This document shows, piece after piece, positions 38,228-49,577 of a stretch of 64,000 nucleotides of DNA. Positions within the stretch are counted from its first letter, which is position 1. Every line of letters starts with the position of its first letter. Position numbers and translations under genes: made by a program. The DNA comes from Mobula hypostoma. Its lineage: Eukaryota. The notes under the pieces were generated by a model, which ran no database searches, had not been told where the DNA came from, and saw nothing but the letters and a program-made list of their open reading frames with translations. Where the stretch lies: assembly GCF_963921235.1 (NCBI RefSeq), contig NC_086097.1, forward strand, positions 17,050,001 through 17,114,000. The letters are read 5' to 3'.

Positions 38228-40279
38228 ACTGAAGGAAGAGTGAGTAAGGGATTTGAAAGTTGGAGGGGGAGGGGGAGATCCAAAATGATAGGAGAAGACA
38301 GGAGGGGGAGGGATAGAGCCAAGAGCTGGACAGGTGATAGGCAAAAGAGGATACGAGAGGATCATGGGACAGGAGGTCCGGGAAGAAAGACAAGCGGGGG
38401 GGACCCCAAAGGATGGGCAAGAGGTATATTCAGAGGGACAGAGGGAGAAAAAGGAGAGTGAGAGAAAGAATGTGTGCATAAAAATAAGTAACAGATGGGG
38501 TACGAGGGGGAGGTGGGGCCTTAGCGGAAGAGAAGTCAATGTTCATGTCATCAGGTTGGAGGCTACCCAGACGGAATATAAGGTGTTGTTCCTCCAACCT
38601 GAGTGTGGCTTCATCTTTACAGTAGAGGAGGCCGTGGATAGACATGTCAGAATGGGAATGGGATGTGGAATTAAAATGTGTGGCCACTGGGAGATCCTGC
38701 TTTCTCTGGCGGACAGAGCGTAGATGTTCAGCAAAGTGGTCTCCCAGTCTGCGTCGGGTCTCGCCAATATATAAAAGGCCACATCGGGAGCCCCAGACGC
38801 AGTATATCACCCCAGTCGACTCACAGGTGAAGTGTTGCCTCACCTGGAAGGACTGTTTGTGGCCCTGAATGGTGGTAAGGGAGGAAGTGTAAGGGCATGT
38901 GTAGTACTTGTTCTGCTTACACGGATAAGTGCCAGGAGGGAGATCAGTGGGGTGGGATGGGGGGAACGAATGGACAAGGGAGTCGCGTAGGGAGCGATCC
39001 CTGCGGAATGCAGGGTGGGGGAGGGAAAGATGTGCTTAGTGGTGGGATCCCGTTGGAGGTGGCGGAAGTTATGGAGAATAATATGTTGGACCCGGAGGCT
39101 GGTGGGGTGGTAGGTGAGGACCAGGGGAACCCTATTCCGAGTGGGGTGGCGGGAGGATGGAGTGAGAGCAGATGTACGTGAAATGGGGGAGATGCGTTTA
39201 AGAGCAGAGTAGATAGTGGAGGAAGGGAAGCCCCTTTCTTTAAAAAAGGAAGACATCTCCCTCGTCCTAGAATGAAAAGCCTCATCCTGAGAGCAGATGC
39301 GGTGGAGACAGAGGAATTGCGAGAAGGGGATGGCGTTTTTGCAAGAGACAGGGTGAGAAGAGGAATAGTCCAGTTAGCTGTGAGAGTCAGTAGGCTTATA
39401 GTAGACATCAGTGGATAAGCTGTCTCCAGAGACAGAGACAGAAAGATCTAGAAAGGGGAGGGAGGTGTCGGAAATGGACCAGGTAAACTTGAGGGCAGGG
39501 TGAAAGTTGGAGGCAAAGTTAATAAAGTCAACGAGTTCTGCATGCGTGCAGGAAGCAGCGCCAATGCAGTCGTCGATGTAGCGAAGGAAAAGTGGGGGAC
39601 AGATACCAGAATAGGCACGGAACATAGATTGTTCCACAAACCCAACAAAACGGCAGGCATAGCTAGGACCCATACGGGTGCCCATAGCTACACCTTTAGT
39701 TTGGAGGAAGTGGGAGGAGACAAAGGAGAAATTATTAAGAGTAAGGACTAATTCCGCTAGACGGAGCAGAGTGGTGGTAGAGGGGAACTGATTAGGTCAA
39801 ACTGATTAGTCCTTACTCTTAATAACTTCTCTCAGGATGAGGCTTTTCATTCTAGGACGAGGGAGATGTCTTCCTTTTTTAAAGAAAGGGGCTTCCCTTC
39901 CTCCACTATCAACTCTGCTCTTAAATGCATCTCCCCCATTTCACGTACATCTGCTCTCACTCCATCCTCCCGCCACCCCACTCGGAATAGGGTTCCCCTG
40001 GTCCTCACCTACCACCCCACCAGCCTCTGGGTCCAACATATTATTCTCCGTAACTTCCGCCACCTCCAACGGGATCCCACCACTAAGCATATCTTTCCCT
40101 CCCCCCCCCCCGCATTCCGCAGGGATCGCTCCCTATGCAACTCCCTTGTCCATTCGTCCCCCCCATCCCTCCCCACTGATCTCCCTCCTGGCACTTATCC
40201 GTGTAAGCAGAACAAGTGCTACACATGCCCTTACACTTCCTCCCTTACCACCATTCAGGGCCCCAAATAGTCCTTCCAG

Positions 40280-40606
40280 GTGAGGCAACACTTCACCTGT
40301 GAGTCGACTGGAGTGATATACTGCGTCCGGTGCTCCCGATGTGGCCTTTTATATATTGGCGAGACCCGACGCAGACTGGGAGACCGCTTTGCTGAACATC
40401 TACGCTCTGTCCGCCAGAGAAAGCAGGATCTCCCAGTGGCCACACATTTTAATTCCACATCCCATTCCCATTCTGACATGTGTATCCACAGCCTCCTCTA
40501 CTGTAAAGATGAAGCCACACTCAGGTTGGAGGAACAACACCTTATATTCCGTCTGGGTAGCCTCCAACCTGATGGCATGAACATCGACTTCTCTAACTTC
40601 CGCTAA
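40280..40606 (+). pseudogene. Penelope GIY-YIG endonuclease domain (upstream in-frame TAG at 40268)
   Basis: FTCESTGVIYCVRCSRCGLLYIGETRRRLGDRFAEH...VATHFN...EQHLIFRLGSLQPDGMN; preceded by C-x4-C-x2-C (PCKQNKCYTC). Confidence 0.9.
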
Positions 40607-40899
40607 TGCCCCACCTCCCCCTCGTACCCCATCTGTTACTTATTTTTATGCACACATTCTTTCTCTCACTCTCCTTTTTCTCCCTCTGTCCCTCTGAATA
40701 TACCTCTTGCCCATCCTCTGGGTTCCCCCCCCCCCTGTCTTTCTTCCCAGACCTCCTGTCCCATGATCCTCTCGTATCCCTTTTGCCTATCACCTGTCCA
40801 GCTCTTGGCTCTATCCCTCCCCCTCCTGTCTTCTCCTATCATTTTGCATCTCCCCCTCCCCCTCCAACTTTCAAATCCCTTACTCACTCTTCCTTCAGT

Positions 40900-40937
40900 T
40901 AGTCCTGACGAAGGGTCTCGGCCTGAAACGTCGACTG
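40900..40937 (+). ncRNA. Minimal type I hammerhead ribozyme motif (Penelope-associated)
   Basis: TAGTC-CTGACGA-A-GGGT/CTCG/GCCT-GAAA-CG-TC-GACTG: stem I, conserved core, stem II, palindromic ACGT stem III, predicted GUC cleavage after 40932. Confidence 0.75.
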
Positions 40938-41439
40938 CACCTCTTCCTACAGATCTTGCTTGGCCTGCTGCATTCACCAGCAACTTTGATGTGTGTTGCT
41001 TGAATTTCCAGCATCTGCAGAATTCCTGTTGCTTCCGTCCTTGGACTCACTTTATACCGCACACTGTCGGAGAAGTGCTGCCAGGATAATCAAGGACACG
41101 ACCCACCCAGCCAACACACTTTTCGTCCCTCTTCCCTCCAGGAGAAGGCTCAGGAGCTTGAAGACTGGTACGGCCAAATTTGGGAACAGCTTCTTTCCAA
41201 CTGTGCTAAGACTGCTGAGCGGATCCTGACCCGGATCTGGGCTGTACCCTCCAAATATCTGGAGGTGCACCTCAGTTTTTTTGCACTACCTTACTTTCCA
41301 TTTTTCTATTTTCTATTTATGATTTATAATTTAAATTTTTATTATTTACTATTGAGGGAGCGGGAAGCGCAGAATCAAATATCGCTATGATGATTGTACG
41401 TTCTAGTATCAATTATTTGGCGACAATAAAGTATGCATT

Positions 41440-41920
41440 CCTGGTCTTATCATGGCCAAAAATGCATTGAATCCTCAAGTCTGGTTTCACCAAGGCTCTA
41501 TTTCACTGTAGAAAGTAATCTTTGCTTCTGCATGCAAAACCTGTTGTGATGAAGACCTACATGCCATTTGCCTTCTTAATCCAATAACGTATATACTTGC
41601 AGTGACGTGTAAAAGGACACCCAGGTTTCAACACATGGCAGTCTAATGCTATTTAAATAATATATTACTTTTCCATTCTTCTTACTAAGGTAAATAACCT
41701 CACATTTATCTGCATCATACTTCCTCTGCCATGCTTTTGCCCATGCTTTCCGTTTATCCAAATTGCCTGGAAGCCTCTTTGCATCTTCCTCAGAATTCAA
41801 TATTCAGATTAATGACGTTACTGGTTTAAATAATTGACATGTTGTGAAGCTGTGAATAGCTGAGGCCCAAGCACTATTTCTGGTGGCACCTCCCTAGTTA
41901 CTGAATGAAATCCTGAGCGA
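41440..41920 (-). mobile_element. Old CR1 RT fragment
   Basis: Minus ORF WAKAWQRKYDADKCEVIYL. Confidence 0.7.
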
Positions 41921-43644
41921 CCGACAAATTGCAGGTGGAGCTTTGCAGGTCACATAAAATGCTGGGGGACTGATCTGCTGCGTTCCTCCAGCATTTTCCA
42001 TGTTGCTCGGAAATGTATGAAGCTGGTATCAGATTCAAAATTCAAGATTCAAGATTCAGAATTACCCAATTATTTCTTCTTTTACTTTCTTATTTGGCTT
42101 TAATGCATGGTTGTGGGAGAAATGTACTCCATGCCAATGTATTGCCTCCCCCCCCCAACTGCCATACCATGCATTAACTCACTGGGATGGCATCTTAAAG
42201 GTCTAAGCTACTGATTGAGGAATGTGAGTTCAAATCCTGTTTCCCATCTTCCAAAAAAATTACATTTAGATAGCTAAATAAACCTGAAATTTATGAACGC
42301 AAGAGATTATGTAGATGACGAAAATTCAGAGCAGCCCTCAAAATGCAGGAGGAACTCAGCAGGTCAAGTGACATCACACACAAAGTGCTGGAGGACTGAC
42401 CTGCTGAGTTCCTCCAGCATTTTGCACGTTGCTATGATACGTTTGAAGCTGGTATCAGATTCAAGATTCAAGATTCAAGATTCAATATTGTTTAATGTCA
42501 TTTGAAGTAAACAAGTGTAACGGAGAATGAAATAATCTGGATCTGAAGCAGCAGGAAAAAAAAACACAGTAAGATGAGGAACACAATAGTAAAAGAATAC
42601 AAGATATAAATACGTAGTAACACTCACAACATGTTTGCGTTTTTAAAACAAACTGCTGGAATTTGTCATATAAATCATATATGATGGAGAAAAGGAAATC
42701 TTTATCTGGTCTAGCATACATCCTGTGAATAATCAGAGTATGTTAGAAAATAACCCTATGATGTTATTAATATCAGACCCATTTCTAGTAAATGTTATGA
42801 CTGGAATTATAGCTATATCTTCCTATAATTGTCTGTTACAGAAAAATTTAAAGTGAATTAGACATTTCATCTGATCTCTGCATAACTGATTTAAGAATAT
42901 CCAAAGTACATATTAAGCATTGTGAAGTCTATTTTCAATAACTTCTGTCATTGAAATACATGTAGTTCTGATATTAAAACGTCTTTTCAATAACAGAACC
43001 AGGAAATAAATGATCACTATTTTTTCCTACATGAGAACAAGTAACATATGTAAAATGAATTGGTTTAGCATGCACCGAGGTTAGGAGAGATGTGATATCA
43101 ATGCAAGTCTTTCTTTTGCACTCAACACTTTAAGGAATGTGAACTTACCTTAAAAAAATAATAGCCCATGGCCAAAGGTCCTATTTGGTCATTGGAAAAT
43201 AACATGAAAACCAGAATCTATGCTGTGTTAGTGGATTTCAGGGCAGTGGTTGGCCTTAACACTAGAGGTCAATGGATAAAACGTGGAGGGTTTCCGCAGG
43301 TCAGCAACATCTCGTGACCCTGGAGCTAAATATACACATGCCTGTACCCTCAGGAAGAGAAAGAAAATCAAAGGCCAGAATTAATTCCAAGGACAGTTGA
43401 CTAGAAATAAAATAGGTTATTTCAACATGCTATTGACTACTGAGGAGACTACAGGAAAATATCATAGATAGTTCACGTTCCTCAATTAAAAGCATGTTGA
43501 GTTGGTGAGACAGAAAGGCAGATAATGATTCTGGATCTTGGAGTATTGAGTTATGAAAAGAGATTCACAGAGGCACATACATTTTCAATGGTGGAATGAA
43601 GGTATCATGAATCAAACCATTAAAATGATACATATTTAAATGGG

Positions 43645-43957
43645 AATACAAGAGATTCTGCAGATGCTGGAAATCTTGAGCAACATTCATAAAATGCTGG
43701 AAGAACTCAGTACATTTTAGGTATATATATGAATTGTGTCTTATAGATTTTCAGTTATGTATTGTATTGAACTGTCGCTGCAAACCATTACAACTCACGA
43801 CATATGCCAATGATATTAAATCTGATTCTGATTCAAGTAAGCCAGCATCTATGGAGGGAAATGATGACTGATGAAGGGTCTCGACCTGAAGCATTGACTG
43901 TTTATTCCTCTCCATAGATGTTGCCTAACTTGCTGATTTCCTCTGTGTGTGTTGCTC
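43645..43957. mobile_element. Penelope-derived foldback miniature interrupted by a Rex 3'UTR (~43710-43835)
   Basis: GCAGATGCTGGAAATC..; CATCTATGGAGGGAA / TTCCTCTCCATAGATG arms around CTGATGAAGGGTCTCGACCTGAA. Confidence 0.75.
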
Positions 43958-44496
43958 ATTTCAACAGTTTAGATAGCATGGAATGCAAGTACAGAATTAG
44001 AAGACATAAATCTATTATTGACAAAGTTTAAATTCATCTCAAAGAATCTATCTGAATAATGAATGAAAATAGTCAGTATAAAATCATTAGCAAAGTACTT
44101 TATAATAAGAATTAGAGTATTATTTAGTTGGAAATTAGGTTTACAAGGAAAATTACAGATTGACAACTAACCTACAAGATTCTAGATCACAAGCTAGGAA
44201 GAGGCATTAACCTAAATAGCTATTTTCTGCTCCTATGGTCACAATGGGTTGAATAGCCTTGCTCTGTGTTCTGAATTTCTATGGTTTTATTACAGGCTGA
44301 AGATAAATACTTGAAGGAATATTGTTAGAGACATGAGAGTAGGGAATGGATCAAAACAGTTTTACAAAAAGGAACAAATCAGATAGGTTTTTGGATGGAC
44401 AACTATCAGTCTGGATAAAGGGAAATTAGTGGATATGGTAAACAAATCTTCAGACAGTATTAAGGGCTACACAATAGTTTACTCCTTGTTACTACA

Positions 44497-45075
44497 ATAG
44501 GTTGGTATGATGGCATAGTGATTAGTGGAATGATTTAGAATGGCAGTGAACACATACACACAAAGTGCTGGAGGAACTCAGCAGGCCAGGCAGCATCTAT
44601 GGAAAGAGTATAGTCAACGTTTCAGGCTAAATGATGAGCACTGATGAAGAGTCTCAGCCTGAAATGTCAATTGTAATCTTTTCCGTAGATACTGTCTGTC
44701 CTGCTGAGTTCTTCCAGCATTTTGTCTGTGTTGCTTGGATTTCCAGCATCTACTGATTTTCTCTTGTTTATGAATAGAATGGCAGCGATTGTGATTGGGG
44801 TTCAAATCTGACCGCTGTTGGTAAGGAGTTTGTATGTTCTCCTCAGTGACTGCATGGATTGCTCCCAGGTTCTCCAGTTTCCTCCCACATTCCAAAGACA
44901 TATGGTTAGGGTTAGTAAATTGTGTGCATGTTATGTTGGTATGGAAGCGTGGTACCCCCAACACTTCCTCAAACTGCGTTGCTCTTTGACGCAAATGACG
45001 GACATTTTCAATGACGGACTATGTTCCAACGTTTCATTGTGTATATGACAAATAAAGCTAATCCTTAATCTTTAA
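44497..45075 (+). mobile_element. V-domain tRNA-derived SINE split by a foldback insertion
   Basis: A-box-like TGGCATAGTG, B-box-like GGTTCAAATC, V core GGAGTTTGTATGTTCTCC..GTTTCCTCCCACATTCCAAAGAC; AATAAA and TAATCT tail. Confidence 0.8.
44550..44774. mobile_element. Penelope-derived foldback miniature with 14-bp TSD
   Basis: ~75-bp inverted arms around CTGATGAAGAGTCTC; TAGAATGGCAG(T/C)GA at 44536-49 and 44775-88. Confidence 0.88.
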
Positions 45076-45539
45076 CTACAGGTAATATGTTATCGAGGTC
45101 TGGGGACTGGCTGATAGACAGAGAACAGTACTATTTGCAGGATGCTTATTCACCTTGTCCTACTCATTCTTCCTCCAGGCCTATCTTTAGTTATTCACTA
45201 ATGTCTTTACCTCCTTTTTCCGACCAGCTCCACAACCTGCTTTGCTATTTAATGAATCCTGCCCTCCACCCTGCCATTGATCTTTGTGTTCTCTCTGTCC
45301 AACCCCCTTTCTCTTCAAGTTAAAACTTGCTTTTACTTCTTAATTCCCAATTCTGATGTAATGTCATTGGCTGAAATCCTTAACAAATACTGAAAAAGCA
45401 AGAAGAAGATAAAGGTAATTCAATCTGAAACTTCAGATGTTTCTCTTTCCACAGATGCTCTGTGACCTGCTGAATGGCTCCATCATTTTCTGCTTTTTGT
45501 TTCAGATTTCTAGCATCTGAATTTTAAAAAAATCAATCA

Positions 45540-46074
45540 GAGAGTGGTAGTAGATGGTTCCTTCTCTGACTGGAGACCTGTGACTAATGGAATGCTGCAA
45601 GGATTGCTGATGGGTCCATTGTTGTTTGTCATATATATCAACAACTTGGATGATAATGTGACAAACTGGATCAGAAAATTTGCATATGGCACCAAAACTG
45701 GGGGAGTAGAAGACAAGGATGGACTGAATTGATTGGGTAATGCAAGCAGACTTTTTCCACTGGGATTGGGTGGGACTACGACTAGAGGTCATGGGTTACG
45801 GGCAAAAGGCAAAAAGTCCAAGGGGAACATGAGGGGAAATGTCTTCACTCAGCAGGTTGTGAGAGTGTGGAATGAGCTGCCAGCGCAAGTGGTGAGTGTG
45901 ATTTTGATTTCAACGTTCAAGAGGAATTTGGATAGGTACATGGATTGGAGGAGTATGTAGGGCTATGCTCCGAGTGCACGTCATGGGTCTAGGAAGTTTA
46001 AATAGTTTGACATGGACTAGATGGGCCGAAGGGCATGTTTCTCTGCTGTACTTTGCCATGACTCTATAACTCTA
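45540..46074 (+). mobile_element. Internally deleted CR1 fragment
   Basis: SDWRPVTNGMLQG..GPLLFVIYINNLD; TRGHG..FTQQVVRVWNELP; ACTCTA tail. Confidence 0.85.
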
Positions 46075-46778
46075 ACCTGAACCGTTAACTCTGTCTCTTC
46101 TCAGAACCTGCCTATCCAATTGAGTATTTCCGGCTTATTTTACGTTTCCAGCATTGGCAATTGTCTGCATTTCCTAGGGGATTTGGGGACCATATGTGAC
46201 ACATCTAAGTTTGTTGATGGGACAAAATGAGCTGGAAAAGTGTTTGCATGAGAACTTTGTAAAGGATTGACTGGGTTGATTGGATAAGAAAATGGAAAAT
46301 GGCATATAAGTGTGTGGCTGTGTGCAATCGTTCATTAAGTGAGGAGAAAGGAGAACAGAATAGTTTCTTATGAGAGTGAGTGAAACAAATTGAAAAGTAA
46401 CTAGTATGGAGGCCTTTATTGAAAGGGGGTAGAAGTATAAACATAAGTAAAGCTTCCTGTAATTACATAAGCATTTGTGAGACCACACCTGGAAACATAC
46501 GTACAGTATTGACTTATTCGGAACAAGAGGGCTGCAGGTGAATGGCTAAGGATTTCCGGAGCGAAGGCAGTTTCCCTACTTGGGATAAAAGAGGGGCAAG
46601 ACTGCGCAGGCACGTGACATCAGCCAGTGGAGCGGAAAAGTTGAAAAAGAAGACTGCCATATCCAGTGGGCAGCGGAGTGTGTGGTGGCAGAGTGATAGG
46701 GCTTTTGCTCAACGGGCTTAGGTGGTACCAGGATGAGGCGAGGTAGGTTTACCTGTGTTAATTGCAGAAAGGAAGTAG

Positions 46779-47716
46779 CATGTGTGTGAGGCTGGTTTTC
46801 TGTGCTCAGTGTTAGATGTGGGAGGACCTGGAGTCTCCCAGCCTCCCGGACGGCCATATCTGCATCCGATGTGTTGAGCTGCAGTTCCTTAGGGACTGCA
46901 TTAGGGAACTGGAGATGCAGCTTGATGACCTTTGTCAGGCCAGGGAGAGCGAGGAGGTGATAGAAAGAAGTTATAGGCAGGTGGTCACACCGAGGCCATG
47001 GGAGACAGACAAGTGGGTCACAGTCAGGAGGGGGAAGGGGAAGAATCAGAGTCAGGTACTAGAGAATACCCCTGTGGCTGTACCGCTTGACAATAAGTAC
47101 TCCTGTTTGAGTACTGTTGGGGGGGAACTGTTGGGGGAAGCAACAGTGGTTGTGCTTCTGGCATAGAGTCTGGCCCTGTGGCTCAGAGGGGTAGGGAAAG
47201 GAAGTGGAAGGCAGTAGTGATAGGGGACTCTATAGTTAGGGGGTCAGACAGGCGATTCTGTGGATGCAGGAAAGTAACTTGGATGGCAGTTTGCCTCCCA
47301 GGTGCCAGGGTCCGGAATGTTTCAGATCACGTTCAAGATATCCTGCAATGGGAGGAAGAACAGCCAGAGGTCGTGGTACATATTGGTACCAATGGCATAG
47401 GTAGGAAAAGGGAAGAAGTCCTGAAAACAGACTACAGGAAGTTAGGAAGGAAGTGAGAAGCAGGACCGCAAAGGTAGTAATCTCAGGATTACTGCCTGTG
47501 CCATGCGACAGTGAGAGTAGGAATGGAATGAGGTGGAGGATAAATGCGTGGCTGAGGGATTGGAGCAGGGGACAGGGATTCAGATTTCTGGATCATTGGG
47601 ACCTCTTTTGGGGCAGGTGTGACCTGTACAAAAAGGACGGGTTGCACTTGAATCCCAAGGGGACCAATATCCTGGTGGGGAGGTTTGCTAAGGCTACTGG
47701 GGAGAGTTTAAATTAG
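46779..47716 (+). pseudogene. CR1 ORF1 (zinc-finger/coiled coil plus SGNH esterase), frameshifted
   Basis: Three consecutive ORF pieces: 46816-47166, 47178-47456, 47453-47716. Confidence 0.85.
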
Positions 47717-49577
47717 AATTGTTGCGGGGGGGGGGTGTCTGGGAACTGAACTGAAGAAACTGGGGAAGAGGCGGTTGACTCACAAATAGAGAAAGCTTGT
47801 AGACAGTGCGAGAGGGAGGATAGGCAGGTGATAGAGAAGGGACGTGCTCAGACTGATGGTTTGAGGTGTCTATTTTAACGCAAGGAGTATTGTGAACAAA
47901 GTGGATGAGCTTTGAGTGTGGATCAGTACTTGGAGCTATGATGTGGTGGCCATTACAGAGACTTGGATGGCTCAGGGACAAGAATGATAACTTCAAGTGC
48001 CTTGTTTTAGATGTTTTAGAAAGGACAGGGAGGGAGGCAAAAGAGGTGGGGGCGTGGCACTGTTCAGAGATAGTGTCACGGCTGCAGAAAAGGTAGATGT
48101 CATGGAGGGATTGTCTACGGAGTCTCTGTGGGTGGAGGTTAGGAACAGGAAGGGGTCAATAATTTTACTGGGGATATCGAGGTGCAGATAGGGAAACAGA
48201 TCCTGGAAAGGTGTAATAATAGCAGAGCTGTCGTGATGGGAGATTTTAATTTCCCAAATATTGATTGGTATCTCCCTAGAGCAAGGGGTTTAGATGGGAT
48301 GGAGTTTTTTAGGTGTGTTCAGGAAGGTTTCTGACACAATATGTAGATAAGCCTACAAGAGGAGAGACTGTACTTGATTTGGTATTGGGAAATGAACCTG
48401 GTCAAGTGTCAGATCTTTCAGTGGGAGAGCATTTTGGAGATAGTGATCATAATTCTATCTCCTTTACAATAGCATTGGAGAGAGATAGGAACAGACAAGT
48501 TAGAAAAGTGTTTAATTGGAGTAAGGGGAATTATGAGGCTATCAGGAAGGAAATTCGAAGCTTAAATTGGGAACAGATGTTCTCAGGGAAAAGTACGGAA
48601 GAAATGTGGCAAATGTTCAGGGGATATTTGTGTGGAGTTCTGCATAAGTATGTTCCAGTGAGACAGGAAAGTTATAGTAGGGTACAGGAACCATGGTGTA
48701 CAAAGGTTGTAATAAATCTAGTCAAGAAGAAAAGAAAAGCTTACAAAAGGTTCAGAGATCTAGGTGATGTTAGAGATGTAGAAGGTTATAAGGCTAACAG
48801 GAAGGAGCTTAAAAAGGAAATTAGCAGAGCCAGAAGGGGCCATGAGAAGGCCTTGGCGGGTAGGATTAAGGAAAACCCCAAGGCATTCTACAAGTATGTG
48901 AAGAGCAAGAGGATAAGATGTGAAATAATAGGACCTATCAAGTGTGACAGTGGTAAAGTATATATGGAACTGGAGGAAATAGCAGAGGTACTTAATGAAT
49001 ACTTTACCTCAGTACTCACTATAGAAAAGGATCTTGGTGATTGTAATGCTGACTTGCAGCAGACTGAAAAGCTTGAGCATGTAGATATTAAGAAAGAGGA
49101 TGTGCTGGAGCTTTTGGAAAGCATCAAGTTGGATAAGTTGCCGGGACCAGATGAGGTGTACCCCAGGCTATTCTGGGAGGTGAGGGAAGAGATTGCTGAG
49201 CCTCTGGTGATGATATTTGCATTATCAAATGGGATGGGAGAGGTTCTGGAGGATTGGAGGGTTGTGGATGTTGTTCCTTTATTCAAGAAAGGGAGTAGAG
49301 TAGAGATAGCCCAGGAAATTATAGACCAGTAAGTCTTACTTCAGTTGTTGGTAAGTTGATGGAGAAGATCCTGAGAGGCAGGATTTATGAACATTTGGAG
49401 AGGTATAATATGATTAGGAATAGTCAGCATGGCTTTCTCAAGGGCAGCAGGTTGTGCCTTACGAGCCTGATTGAATTTTTTGAGGATGTGACTAAACACA
49501 TTGATGAAGGAAGAGCAGTAGATGTAGTGTATATGGATTTCAGCAAGGCATATGATAAGGTACCCCATGCAAGGCTT

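Larger units (their letters stand above)
38131..41031. mobile_element. Penelope-like retroelement (Zn-finger + GIY-YIG type) in an inverted two-arm configuration, 14-bp TSD
   Basis: Minus arm 38131-~39797 encodes RT (MGTRMGPSYA..LRYIDD..PFLDL..VYYKPTD) and EN. Plus arm ~39829-41031 is an inverted copy. CTTCCGTCCTTGGA at 38117-38130 and 41032-41045. Confidence 0.95.
38040..41432 (+). mobile_element. Rex1/Babar 3' fragment split by the Penelope insertion
   Basis: QDRKKPQKIVN..HITQTNLPSL | DSLYTAHCRRSAARIIKDTTHPANTLF..FGNSFFP reads contiguously once 38131-41045 is removed. Confidence 0.85.

Noticed and set aside
38225..38723. Pro/Leu/Ser-rich and Gly/Arg-rich ORFs (also 40593-41089, 59817-60118)
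   Set aside because: Shadows of the pyrimidine-rich Penelope 3'UTR.
44497..44830. tRNA gene
   Set aside because: A/B-box-like motifs belong to a SINE head; no cloverleaf.
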